A DNA stretch of 64,000 nucleotides from Candidatus Kapaibacterium sp. (GTDB taxonomy: Bacteria > Bacteroidota > Ignavibacteria > Kapaibacteriales > UBA2268), in contig CP058732.1 of NCBI GenBank assembly GCA_013414795.1, forward strand, positions 1,161,744 through 1,225,743. Direction: 5' to 3'. Position 1 is the first letter of the stretch. The number at the start of each line of letters is the position of its first letter. Shown one piece after another: positions 18,036 through 28,900 of the stretch. The notes under the pieces were generated by a model. The model was not told the origin of the DNA and did no database searches. It saw nothing but the letters and a program-made list of their open reading frames with translations. A program made the translations under genes and the position numbers.

Positions 18036-19846
18036 TTATTTGATAATTAATATGGATTGAGAATTTAAGCCTTGCAAAGACTCAATTACTAAATGATAAA
18101 CACCCGACGGTAGTTCTTTGCAATTAATTTTTATTGTTTCGGCAGAGTAGGGATCAATCGAGATTCTTTGAACAATTTCTCCAAGCCTATTGTAAATATT
18201 AATTACCCTCGGTAAAGAATTTGAAATTTGGCTAATCTTAATTTCAATTGCTTGTTCGATTTCATTGTAGAAAGCGAGGTTATTACTTGAAAATTGCTTT
18301 TCTTCGACTGAAACAAAGCCTTCAACTTCGCCTTGAAGTTCAATATAGAAACTACTATTGTTTTTAGCATTTGTTGTTACTTTGATTCGCCCATAATAAA
18401 CTCGCTCTTCTTGGGTTGCAGCGGAAAATCTCACTTTGACTTTGAATGAATCGTTTGGCTCGATATAAATAGGAGTTTGTAAAACTTGGGCAAAGTCGAA
18501 TCTTTGATGGTCTTGGTAAGTAGTATCAATTTCGAACTCTGATATTTCCAGTGTTTTATCACCCACATTTTTCAACACAAGTTCAATGATTTTACTTGTC
18601 GGTTTTTTCACTTTTCCAAAATCAATTTTGTTCTCGGGGAAGTTAGTTTCGAGAATTGGTCCTTTGGCTTCAATACCGCCACCATAACCCCAAACTTCAA
18701 GATAGTAGTATTCGTTGTTAAGTGCATTTGTTTTGATAGAGATTGATCCTTTGTAGGCGATTTTTTCTTTGGGAGTAAATTTAACTGTAAAAGTATACTT
18801 TTCGCCTCGCTTCAATGTTACTGGTTTGGTGATTTTGCCTGAAATTATTTCAAAAACATCGTCTGGATTTTCCCAAAAATCAATTTCTTCGATTACCAAG
18901 TTTAATTTTCCTGTGCTTGTTATCGTAACTTGTATTGTATCCGATTTACCTGGTTGGATTTCCCCGAAATCAACAATATTCGGGTCGATATCATATGCTG
19001 CACCGTCGGGGGCAATATTTCCTTTGAGCCAAGTCATAGCACGGGCGAGTTGGTAGCCGCGGGGAATATCCCCGGCAAATGCCTCGAAACCAATAGACCA
19101 GAAACATAGCCGTGCTGTTCCCCATTCTGTCCGTATTCCCACAATTGTGTCGTTGGGATAGTCATTATTTTTTCTAATAAAATGATCAACTGGGTGAAAC
19201 TTTGTTGGATCTTTTGATTTGAATACATCAAAAGCAAGATAGATTGCAAGGGGCCACCAAACTTCTTGACCAGTATTAAAGCCCATATTACACCATTTAA
19301 TGATAGATTGTCCTACTGGATCCCCGAACGCACCACGCACGTTGAAACTCCAGTACTGAATTTCGTTACCGGATTGTCGGCTAACGAAAACTCGCGTAAG
19401 ATACTCGATGCCAAGTGTGTCGGAAAGGAATTTTTGAACTTCGGGGTTTAAGTCGCCTCCTTGTGGATTAAATGCATAATAAAGCACATTCCTGCCTATT
19501 ATCAAACAGTTTTTGCCCGCAGCAATCATTTGTCTGATAGCGTTGAGAACGCTTGCATTTCCGACTTTGGTGTTGAGTTTGTTGTCTCCTAAAAGAAAGA
19601 TTGCTACGTCGAAGTCTGTGAGTTTGTATTTCTGCAAAGTTGCATCGTTAAATGGTTCCCGAACGACGTAAGGAGCAATGTCGGGCATATATGTCGGGTC
19701 GGTTAAGTAAATCCAATAGGCACTGTCTACGAAATTTTTTTGCTCGAGGTTGTCGAAAAGTATATACTTGGGCTGTTCAGCGGAAAGGTTTCGAAAAGTG
19801 ATTGCAAGTATTGACACCAATAATAGTACTAATCCTTTCTTCATAT
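18036..19846 (-). CDS. secreted T9SS cargo protein: signal peptide, uncharacterised ~280-aa N-terminal domain (shared with the upstream neighbour), two Ig-like/ASH domains, T9SS C-terminal sorting domain
   Basis: The likely start is MKKGLVLLLVSILAITF at 19844-19846, preceded by GGAGG. The track ORF extends to 19904. Ig-like modules include DFGEIQPGKSDTIQVTITSTG and DFGKVKKPTSKIIELVLKNVG. The CTD ends ...LPSGVYHLVIESLQGLNSQSILIIK. Confidence 0.7.
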
Positions 19847-19861
19847 TAACCTCCTCGTTGT

Positions 19862-19906
19862 TTTTAAAACAAAAAAGGCTGCCACCCAAGGATTTGGATG
19901 GCAACC
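19862..19906 (-). terminator. rho-independent terminator after the upstream T9SS cargo gene (minus-strand orientation)
   Basis: On the minus strand GGUUGCCAUCCAAAUCCUUGGGUGGCAGCC can form a hairpin (with G-U pairs) followed by UUUUUUGUUUU. It sits in the 20-80 nt gap between the two tandem cargo genes. Confidence 0.5.
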
Positions 19907-19924
19907 TCGGACCTTTTGGTAATA

Positions 19925-22729
19925 TTATTTAACAATAACAATTGGAATGTATTGTACTTCATCTCCTAACTGAATTCTCAAATTGTAATGACCACTGGGC
20001 AAGTTGGAAACGGAGAATTTCTCGATTGAATTTCCTTGGGCAAAACTTCCAACTTTCAAATTCTCGATGAGTGTGCCTTTCAGATCAAATATTTGAATAG
20101 TTGCGTTGCTGGTACCAGTTTCGGGAGAATTGACTACAAGCGTTAATTCATCGTTCACTGGTAACGGTGTGACTCGTATTTGAGTACCATTGGAGAACTT
20201 GGTTTTTGCGACAGAGCCAGCAACTTCTCCTTCGCCGGTAAGAGGAATATTCAGCGTAGGTTCGTTGTTAGCATTCGAAGTAATTCGAAGAATTGCATTG
20301 TAAGTCTTTGCTTCGGTTGGCGTAAAGAGAATACTGAGTGTAAGAGTTTCCCCAGGACCAAGTTCAACAGGCAAAGTTGGCATATTCATAATTGAAAAGA
20401 CACCGGGATTATTGACGATTTGTATGTTGGTTATTTGAAGGTCGGCAAGTCCAGTATTTGTTATGTCAACGTCTGCAACTTTTGAATTTTGTGTCGCACC
20501 TTTGCCAAAATTCACTTCGGTTTTGTTTGCTGAGATAAGGGGAACATTGCCAGCAACTCCAATTCCATCGAGCGAGATTAGTTCGTCTGGTGAGTTCTTT
20601 GCGTTGGATTTGATGACAATGGAAGAAGTATACGAAACTGCTTCATCCTTCGGGGTGAAAGATACAGTGACAGTGTATTTCTGATTTGGTTGAATAGTTA
20701 AGGGCAATGTTGGTGGGTTAACAATGTTAAAGACTTCTTCGGGATCGAAATCTCTATCAACATACAATTCGGTTATAATTAGTGGCTCGTCACCAGTGTT
20801 CGAAATATCGAATGTTTTTGTTGCGGTCGTACCAACAATTACTTCTTCGAAATCAATTGCTGTAGCGCTCAAAGTGATTTGTGGACCAATTTTCGTTGTT
20901 GGTTTGTTGAGAAGCCATTCGATAATTTTTGAAATGAACCCATTTCTGCGGGTTGGGTCTGCAATTGCTTCAAAGCCTGATGTCAAGTAGACTATTCTTG
21001 CGTCTCCATTTGTTACGCGCACGCCACCGTATGCGGTAGGATTGTTGTCGTAGTAAATAATAGGTTTCGTGTTGTTATTATTTGTTATTCCAAGAATGTC
21101 GGTATAGACAATATAGTAAGGATGGGAACTTTGGTTATATTGGTTCATAGTTAAACTGATACCGTTGCCAATGGGGTCACCACTTACTCCATTTGCAGGA
21201 TATGAATTTACGGCGGTAATTTGCCCACTACTGTTTACAGTAACTCGAAGTACCGGATTTTGGGCTTGGTTAATAAATAACTTGTTGGAATAAAAGTCTC
21301 TCGCGGTTTGTGAACCTTGGGTACCTTGGGAAAAAGCAAGGTCAACTTCAGAGGTTAGAAGAATGCTTTTACCAGAGGAAATCATCGAATTAAGCGCAGT
21401 AAACAAAGGAGTACTTTCAGCAAAATACCCACCAAGAACACCTCGTGTCCAAAAACTAAAACCAAAGACAGCAAGATCGAAATTTGGCACAGGATAATTG
21501 TTTAAAATATCCATTGCGAACGGAAGAAGTGCTGCATCATTGGCGTATTTTGTCATATTAAGGATTCCCTGGTAGGCGAAACTGGCGCTTGGGGAATTCG
21601 AAAGTACGTAAAATGCATATTTTGTGTCTTCTGTTAAAGCATAGAAATATCCACTTGACACTTCGTAGGGCGTTTGCACATTTGGAGTGAAATCAACACC
21701 AATAACTGCAAATTCTGCTTTTGTCCCGCTTTTGAGGGTTACTTTTACTTGTTGTGTTTGGTTGGGTTGCAATATTAATTGTTGTGTATTTAATGTTGCT
21801 TGCCAGCCAGATGGAATATAACTTGTAGATGTGTTAATTGCTGCATTGACACGCAGTAATTCATTACTTGGGTTTGTTACATTGAATGTGTATTCCAATT
21901 GTCCTTTTCGCGGTATGGTTAAAAATGGATTGTCTGCGGTTAAATTAACTTTTGCCACTTTAAGATTCTGTGCTGCTTGGAGAACTTCTTGCGTTTGGTC
22001 ATCTTGAATGAATGCAACAACGTAAATTTGCGAGGCTTTCCAAGAAGATTTAATTGAGTAATTAAAGGTATATGTTTGGTTGGAGCCAGCGTTTAAATTT
22101 AAAGTTGTTCCGTTTGCGTCGGGTAACATTGTTCGAGCAACCCAGAAAAATTCTTTTTCTCCGTTTGTACCGGGAGGAGTAGGATATGAAATGTAATATT
22201 CAACGACTGCAACTCGCAGTTTTTTCCCCACAAGAGATTGTGAAGTGTTAATGGTTACGTTTACAGTGCATTGAGAACCACTTCGCGTTTCTGCAACTTG
22301 AAGTGTAATTGGGGATGTTGTCCCACGATATTTGTCCACTTCGTTTTTTATTGCAACAGTGTCGCCTGCGGCACCTTCATACCAGTTGCCTGTTGGGGGC
22401 AGAGCCATTTTTCCGTTAACACGTACCTCGGGGACCCCTTGTTGGTCAATGCCATAATATTTTATTCTTGCAGTGTTCATAGCAGTATTTTCAAGGTACA
22501 TTGGGTCATTGCCTCCGGGCCACCAAGCGTGGTAAATCAGGGGTATAACATCAGAAAAGTTGTTACGGATAAAGGCTTGGAAAGAAGGATTTTGGGCTGC
22601 GCAAGGTCCGCAACTAGTATTTGTTGCTTCTTCAATCAACACTTTGCGTGGGGAATCTGCGAATGCGTCGAATTTTGGAACTAAAATGATAAATGAGAGC
22701 AAAGAAAAGAAGAACAAGAACTTTTTCAT
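19925..22729 (-). CDS. secreted T9SS cargo protein: signal peptide, thioredoxin-like/Omp28-like N-terminal domain with a CGPC motif, central domain paralogous to the downstream neighbour, Ig-like domains, T9SS C-terminal sorting domain
   Basis: 934 aa. Signal peptide MKKFLFFFSLLSFIIL. The N-terminal motif is EEATNTSCGPCA. The central region (FDLAVFGF...SGKSILLTSEVDLAF...SGDPIGNG...GDARIVYLTSGFEAIAD) aligns with 18036-19846 (FDVAIFLL...AGKNCLIIGRNVLYYAF...FGDPVGQS...GTARLCFWSIGFEAFAG). The CTD ends ...LPSGHYNLRIQLGDEVQYIPIVIVK. Confidence 0.75.
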   Translation of the reverse strand: MKKFLFFFSLLSFIILVPKFDAFADSPRKVLIEEATNTSCGPCAAQNPSFQAFIRNNFSDVIPLIYHAWWPGGNDPMYLENTAMNTARIKYYGIDQQGVPEVRVNGKMALPPTGNWYEGAAGDTVAIKNEVDKYRGTTSPITLQVAETRSGSQCTVNVTINTSQSLVGKKLRVAVVEYYISYPTPPGTNGEKEFFWVARTMLPDANGTTLNLNAGSNQTYTFNYSIKSSWKASQIYVVAFIQDDQTQEVLQAAQNLKVAKVNLTADNPFLTIPRKGQLEYTFNVTNPSNELLRVNAAINTSTSYIPSGWQATLNTQQLILQPNQTQQVKVTLKSGTKAEFAVIGVDFTPNVQTPYEVSSGYFYALTEDTKYAFYVLSNSPSASFAYQGILNMTKYANDAALLPFAMDILNNYPVPNFDLAVFGFSFWTRGVLGGYFAESTPLFTALNSMISSGKSILLTSEVDLAFSQGTQGSQTARDFYSNKLFINQAQNPVLRVTVNSSGQITAVNSYPANGVSGDPIGNGISLTMNQYNQSSHPYYIVYTDILGITNNNNTKPIIYYDNNPTAYGGVRVTNGDARIVYLTSGFEAIADPTRRNGFISKIIEWLLNKPTTKIGPQITLSATAIDFEEVIVGTTATKTFDISNTGDEPLIITELYVDRDFDPEEVFNIVNPPTLPLTIQPNQKYTVTVSFTPKDEAVSYTSSIVIKSNAKNSPDELISLDGIGVAGNVPLISANKTEVNFGKGATQNSKVADVDITNTGLADLQITNIQIVNNPGVFSIMNMPTLPVELGPGETLTLSILFTPTEAKTYNAILRITSNANNEPTLNIPLTGEGEVAGSVAKTKFSNGTQIRVTPLPVNDELTLVVNSPETGTSNATIQIFDLKGTLIENLKVGSFAQGNSIEKFSVSNLPSGHYNLRIQLGDEVQYIPIVIVK

Positions 22730-22847
22730 ATAGACCTCCTTAATATAATAACATAAAATTTATTAAAACAAAACATTAACAATTCAAAAGTTTCAAAAGT
22801 TACAAATTAAAGAATTTAATTTAATAAAAAAGTTCATAATAAAAAAA

Positions 22848-22944
22848 GAGCCAAGTCTTCTATGCTCTTCAAGTCCAAGCTGACCGTTGCTTCCTTCCGG
22901 ACCTGGCGGGGTTGGGCTTGGCTTGAAAGCATAGGACCTGGCCC
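22848..22944 (-). ncRNA. ffs: signal recognition particle RNA (small bacterial 4.5S type)
   Basis: The minus-strand transcript GGGCCAGGUCCUAUGCUUUCAAGCCAAGC...CCAGGUCCGGAAGGAAGCAACGGUCAGCUUGGACUUGAAGAGCAUAGAAGACUUGGCUC contains the conserved domain IV motif GGUCCGGAAGGAAGCA. Its 5' and 3' ends pair (GGGCCAGGUC with GACUUGGCUC) into the long helix, and a U7 tail follows. Confidence 0.75.
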
Positions 22945-23057
22945 AGTACAAAATTACAAAATTTTTACAAATAACTTATCGTATTCTTAAGATTACCTGC
23001 CTATTAAGTAAAACTCTTGGCTAAAAGTTGAATTTTTATTAATTTTGCATTCGACAA

Positions 23058-23131
<74 letters not shown>

Positions 23132-23134
23132 GCT

Positions 23135-24007
23135 TCAGTTGTTCTTAATTTTCTTGGTATCTCGAAGATTTGGCAATTCTTTTTTGATTTCTGCTGGTGT
23201 CAAAATAATGGGTTTCTTTTCTTGCTCGGTTGTAGGTTTGGGTTTCGGAGTGGGTTCTATATAATATTTATCGCGAGTAATAACTATGTTTTTAATTGCA
23301 ACTTTTCCTTTTGCAAGCGGGGGTAATTCAATTCCATCACGTTTGATAATTACTCCACCTGCATTTCCAAGAGTAAATCTAAAAAAACTTCCCGCTTTCC
23401 ATTCTTTTGAATTGTTCGGATAAAGTACAAGTTTTTCCGAAATAGCATTGTCTATAACCATATTTACCCAAACGGTATCCTTGGCAAAAAATTCCAGTTT
23501 GATACTATCTTGTCCTTTTGGAATGAAAGGTATTCCCTTTGTTTCACCTTTAACTATGAAAGTATCGGTTATAGTAGGATTTTCGATTGGTTTTTGCTCT
23601 TCTTCTTGGTAGAATAAAGTAAAGTAGAGAATAGCAACAAAAGAAAGAAAAATTGCTGCATAAATAAAATAGAGTGCTTTATTTAGTTGCTCGGGAGTGT
23701 ATTTTATCTTTTTTCTCTTGTTAAATAATTTGTCCGATATTATATCATCTTCTGGGCTTTCAATATGTTTTTTCTCTTTGCCAAATATTTTATTCAATTC
23801 GTCTTTGAAATCTTCAACATTTAATCCCAGAAACTTTAAATATTCTTTTGTGAAAGAAAGCATATAAACTTTGGGCAGGTATTGAAAATTTCCTTCTTCT
23901 ATAGCTTTCAGCACATTGATACGAATTTTTGTTGCATTCGCAATTTCCTCGAACGAAAGTCCTCGGTTCTCTCTCGTCTTTTTAATTATTTCGGAAATAT
24001 TTTCCAT
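23135..24007 (-). CDS. RodZ-like membrane protein with N-terminal XRE-type helix-turn-helix domain
   Basis: The N-terminus IKKTRENRGLSFEEIANATKIRINVLKAIEEGNF is the RodZ/XRE HTH. A single TM segment (LYFIYAAIFLSFVAILYF) and a C-terminal periplasmic domain follow. Confidence 0.65.
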   Translation of the reverse strand: MENISEIIKKTRENRGLSFEEIANATKIRINVLKAIEEGNFQYLPKVYMLSFTKEYLKFLGLNVEDFKDELNKIFGKEKKHIESPEDDIISDKLFNKRKKIKYTPEQLNKALYFIYAAIFLSFVAILYFTLFYQEEEQKPIENPTITDTFIVKGETKGIPFIPKGQDSIKLEFFAKDTVWVNMVIDNAISEKLVLYPNNSKEWKAGSFFRFTLGNAGGVIIKRDGIELPPLAKGKVAIKNIVITRDKYYIEPTPKPKPTTEQEKKPIILTPAEIKKELPNLRDTKKIKNN

Positions 24008-24054
24008 CCATTTAACTTATTTTTGCAACTTTATCAATACAAAAATATAAACAA

Positions 24055-25083
24055 ATGAGATTTCTTTTGCAAAGGTTCTTTTTTTTATTTATTATGTTTA
24101 TCATACAGTTACGTTTTTTTGCTTTTTCTCAAAGCAATTCAGACTCGACCTCTTTAAAAAATCGTTCATATCGTATAGCCGATAAACCCTTTCACACAAT
24201 TTCTGGAAATTCCATAAATGAAACAACAAAAATCAAGCCAATTCCAACAGCAATTTTTACTGGAACTTATGCCGGAATTTTTGTCCTTCAGCACATTGGA
24301 CAGATGAACACAATTTGGAAGAATAGAGGAAATTTTCATTTCGCCGAAGATGGTAAATACGCTTTGTACATTGATAAGGCTGGGCATTTCTATGGGACTT
24401 TTCTAACTTCTTATGTCCTTTCTCAAAGCTTGATTGAATGTGGATTTAGTTATAATTTGGCAACGGGCATTGGTGGGTTGCTTGGTCTTGGTTACACGAC
24501 TTACGTGGAAATACTCGATGGCTTTGCAACCGATTGGGGTTTTTCTCCCAGCGATTTTTACGCTGATGTTGGTGGTGCTTTGTTCTTCTACCTTTACTCC
24601 TATGTGCCTTTTTTTCAAAATTTTACCCCGAAATTTATGTACTTTCCACCTCGTTGGTTCAATGCATTTTCACGAAAACCCTCGAAGATGTTCATTGATG
24701 ATTACAGTTCGCACACTTTTTGGATAAGTATAAATATTCACAATTTATTACCAAATGATTGGAAAAAACATTATCCGAAATGGCTCGATTTATCGATTGG
24801 GGTTGCTGTTAGGAATTTGTGCGACCCTTTGAATCCATCGAACAATTGCAATCCTCAAATATCCGAGCCGATATATTCTTATGTTTGGGGAAATCCCAAA
24901 TTAATCATTGCACTTGATTACGACCTTGTAAAATTACTTCCCGATGGTGCTCCTTTTTGGAATTGGCTAAAACAATCCTTGAACTACTTCAAGTTGCCAA
25001 GTCCAGCGCTTGAAATTGGACATCCAACTCGTTTCTACTTGTTATATCCCTTCCCTTTGAAATTAGGTTCGCTTAAATTCTAA
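24055..25083 (+). CDS. hypothetical secreted protein
   Basis: 342 aa. Hydrophobic N-terminal signal. Rich in aromatic and Gly residues. No confident family assignment from sequence alone. Confidence 0.4.
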   Translation: MRFLLQRFFFLFIMFIIQLRFFAFSQSNSDSTSLKNRSYRIADKPFHTISGNSINETTKIKPIPTAIFTGTYAGIFVLQHIGQMNTIWKNRGNFHFAEDGKYALYIDKAGHFYGTFLTSYVLSQSLIECGFSYNLATGIGGLLGLGYTTYVEILDGFATDWGFSPSDFYADVGGALFFYLYSYVPFFQNFTPKFMYFPPRWFNAFSRKPSKMFIDDYSSHTFWISINIHNLLPNDWKKHYPKWLDLSIGVAVRNLCDPLNPSNNCNPQISEPIYSYVWGNPKLIIALDYDLVKLLPDGAPFWNWLKQSLNYFKLPSPALEIGHPTRFYLLYPFPLKLGSLKF

Positions 25084-25109
25084 TCCCTTTTTGTTAACTT
25101 TGCTTTTAA

Positions 25110-25931
25110 GTGTTTTATGAATTGAGAAAAATTAATTTACAAGACCAGGATTTAGCCTATATTGATTCACCCAAGAATCAAAAACCTCCACTATTGTCCA
25201 AACCTATTATAAGCGTTATTATTCCCGTGTTTGAAGAAGGGAAAATTTTACCAAAAACCTTGTCCAATTATCAAGTTGATTTGTTATGGAAATTCAATGC
25301 TGAACTGATTATTAGCGACGGAGGTAGCACAGACAACACTGTTGAGATTGCTAAGTTATTCTCCGATAAGATTGTCTTGCATAATTCAAAGAGAAAGCAG
25401 ACAATTGCAGAAGGAAGGAATCGAGGTGCAGAAATAGCCTTGGGCGATGTTCTTGTTTTCCTTAACGGTGATACAATTCCCCACGATGTAGAGAAATTCT
25501 TTGAATATGTATTCAATTGGGCGAAAAGTGATAGCAAAGAGGTTGCTCTTGCGGTTAAAGTGAAAAGTTTTCCCGAAGAAGAAATATGGAAAGATAAAAT
25601 CTTCTATTTTCTCCATAACAACTATGTTCGATTTTTGAATTTCATTGGTTTGGGAATGGGTAGGGGCGAATGCCAAATTATTCGCAAAGAGGCTTTTTGG
25701 AAAGTTGGAGGATATAATCCAGAAATCATTGCTGGTGAAGATTTCGACTTGTATAGAAGATTGGCAAAAATTGGCAAGATAAAATTTGTTGATGAAATCT
25801 GGGTATATGAATCTCCTCGAAGGTTTCGAAAGTATGGATATCTTCGTACAATTCTTAAATGGATTCTAAACGGAATTTATGTAATGCTCTATGGACGTTC
25901 CTATTCTAATGATTGGGAACCAGTTAGATGA
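25110..25931 (+). CDS. family 2 glycosyltransferase
   Basis: The GT2 nucleotide-binding region is ISVIIPVFEEG...IISDGGSTDNTVEIA, and the DxD-like region is LNGDT. Confidence 0.75.
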   Translation: MFYELRKINLQDQDLAYIDSPKNQKPPLLSKPIISVIIPVFEEGKILPKTLSNYQVDLLWKFNAELIISDGGSTDNTVEIAKLFSDKIVLHNSKRKQTIAEGRNRGAEIALGDVLVFLNGDTIPHDVEKFFEYVFNWAKSDSKEVALAVKVKSFPEEEIWKDKIFYFLHNNYVRFLNFIGLGMGRGECQIIRKEAFWKVGGYNPEIIAGEDFDLYRRLAKIGKIKFVDEIWVYESPRRFRKYGYLRTILKWILNGIYVMLYGRSYSNDWEPVR

Positions 25932-25953
25932 ATGGTCAATCCAGAGGTAACCT

Positions 25954-28900
25954 ATGAATAGGTACTTTGGTGTATGTATCGGAGCCTCGACAATTACTTT
26001 TGTAGAAATTTCCTCGAATAGCAAAGATAAATGGGAAATTGAGCAAGTCCACTCCTTTCAACACAATGGCTTGCCAAGACAAGTATTCACCGAAAAACTC
26101 AAACTGCTTAATCCGAAAAAGTTTCCGACTGTTGTAACTGGTAGAAAAATTAGAAATGTGCTTAAACTACCGACTATTTCCGAGGTCGAAGCAGTCGAAA
26201 CTGCATTTAAGTCGCTTTTTAGTAATAAAAGTGATTTTAAAGCAATTTCCTCGCTGGGAAGCGAAACTTTTATTGTTTATGTTTTAGATAAAAATGGAAA
26301 CATTGTTGATGTCGTAACTCGCAATCAATGTGCTTCTGGGACAGGTGAGTTTTTCCTTCAACAATTGAAAAGAATGAACATAAACATAGATGAATTGCAT
26401 AAATTTCAAAATAACGTAACTCCTTTTAAAGTTTCTGGACGTTGTTCTGTGTTTTGCAAATCCGACTGTACCCACGCTTTGAACAAAGGAGTACCCAAAG
26501 AAGAAGTTCTTGCTGGCTTGGCAATGATGATGGCAGACAAAGTCGAGGAATTGTTGCACAAAGTTGACAAAGGCAAAATACTTTTGATTGGTGGGGTTAC
26601 ACAAAACAAACTTGTCTTGAAGTACTTAATCGAAAAGGAATACGATGTTGTAATTCCCGAAGAAGCGACCTATTTCGAAGCCCTCGGTGCAGCAATATTT
26701 TGTTTGCAAAACAATGTTCATTCCAATTTTGACTTTGATAATCTATTTTCAAATCATACCAGTTCATTTATTTTCCATAAGCCGTTAAGTGAGTATAAAC
26801 ATCTTGTTGAATTTAAGGCTTTTGAGCGAGGAAAAGCAAAGGACGGGGATGTTTGCATTGTTGGTCTTGACGTTGGGTCGACAACAACCAAAGGTGTTGT
26901 CCTTCGAGTTGATGATTGCAAAATACTTGCCTCGTCGTACATTTACACACACGGGGAGCCAATTAAAGCCGCTCGAAAAGTTTACGCCGAACTTGCAGAA
27001 CAAATAGGCTCGACGAAAATCAAAATAATTGGCTTGGGAACAACGGGTTCGGGTCGACAGGTTACTGGATTACACGCATTAACCAAAGGTGTGTTCAACG
27101 AAATCATTGCACACGCAACTGCTGCTATTTATTTCGACCCAAATGTTGATACAATCTTTGAAATTGGCGGTCAAGACGCAAAGTACACTTATCTTGTAAA
27201 TCGGGTTCCTGCTGATTATGCAATGAACGAGGCTTGTTCGGCTGGCACTGGCTCCTTCATCGAGGAAAGTGCATTTGAGTCGCTGGGAATTAAAACTCAC
27301 GAAATTGAGAAAATTGCGTTTCAATCGAAAAACCCACCAAATTTCAGCGACCAGTGTGCTGCGTTTATAAGTTCAGACATTAAAACTGCTCAAAACGAAA
27401 ACATTCCACGAGAAGATATTGTGGCTGGCTTGGTGTATTCTGTTTGTTTAAACTACATTAATCGGGTAAAGGGGAATAGGCAGATTGGTAATGTAGTCTT
27501 TATGCAGGGTGGCGTTTGCTACAACAGAGCCATCCCTGTTGCAATGGCTGGTTTGGTCGGAAAGAAAATAATTGTACCCCCCGAGCCAGGTCTGATGGGA
27601 GCCTTTGGGGTTGCTCTCCAAGTAAAAGAAAAAATTGAACTTGGTTTGTTGGAACCGCAGGAATTTTCTTTAGAAGAACTTGCTCAAAGAGAAGTAACAT
27701 ACAAGACGCCTTTTATCTGTATGGGCGGAAAAGAGAAATGCGACTTGCGTTGCCAGATAAATCGAATAGTAGTAAACGGGAAAACTTATCCCTTTGGTGG
27801 TGCTTGCAACAAATTCTATAATTTGCTTTATAATAAAAATTACAATATTGAAGAATACGATTTTATTGCCAAGCGAAATTCATTGCTTTATGAGTATTCC
27901 CGTCAAGAGGAAAGAAAAGATTCTCTTGGAACGATTGGTATCAATTTATCATATCATACGTTTACAATTTTACCTTTGCTTTCCACATTTTTCAATGGCA
28001 TTGGCTACAAAGTTGTTTTGCCAGATGAACCCGACCCACGTGGTTTCGACCGTGAACACACAAGTTTCTGTTTCCCCGCACAAATTTCATTATGTATGTT
28101 TCAAAATTTGCTGGATAAAAACCCAGACTACTATTTCCTTCCAGAAATTTTCGAAATGTGGACTGCCGAGGATGAACCTCAAAGACTGGATTTCAATAGT
28201 AGTTGCGTGTTTGTAAGTGGCGAACCGTTCTATTTGAAACAAGCATTCAAAGATTATAACATTTCAGACAAAATAATTTCACTCTATTTAAACTTTGCAA
28301 ATGGTTTCGACAAAGAAAAAGGCAAATTTGTTGAGATTGCGAAAAAATTGGGTGTCGATAAAGAAATTGCAGAGAAAGCATTTAATGATGCTATTGAAAA
28401 GCAAATGCAATTTTTCAATCGTTTGGAGGAGGAAGGAGCCAAATTCCTTGACTTTTTGAAAGAGAACCCAGACAAATTTGCTGTCGTTTTGGTTGGAAGA
28501 CCCTACAACTCTTTCACCTCGTTTACAAACAAAGGTATTCCCCAAAAGTTTGCAAGTCGTGGTGTTTACATTATTCCTTATGAATTTCTTTCGTTTAAAA
28601 ATTACAAACTTGACGAAAGCCAGTTTTGGGAAGCAGGGAAGAAAATACTCAAAACAGCAAAAGCAATTCGAGACAATGAACAACTTTTCCCAGTTTATAT
28701 TACAAATTTCTCTTGCGGACCAGATTCAATGTTAATTCCGCAATTTCGAAAAATAATTGGAACAAGACCTTCGCTTACGTTGGAACTGGACCAACACACT
28801 GCAGACGCAGGAATAAACACTCGAATTGATGCTTTTCTTGATATTGTCGACAATTTCCGTGCAGTTAAAAATCAAATTAAGCACAAGGCGGGTGAATTTC

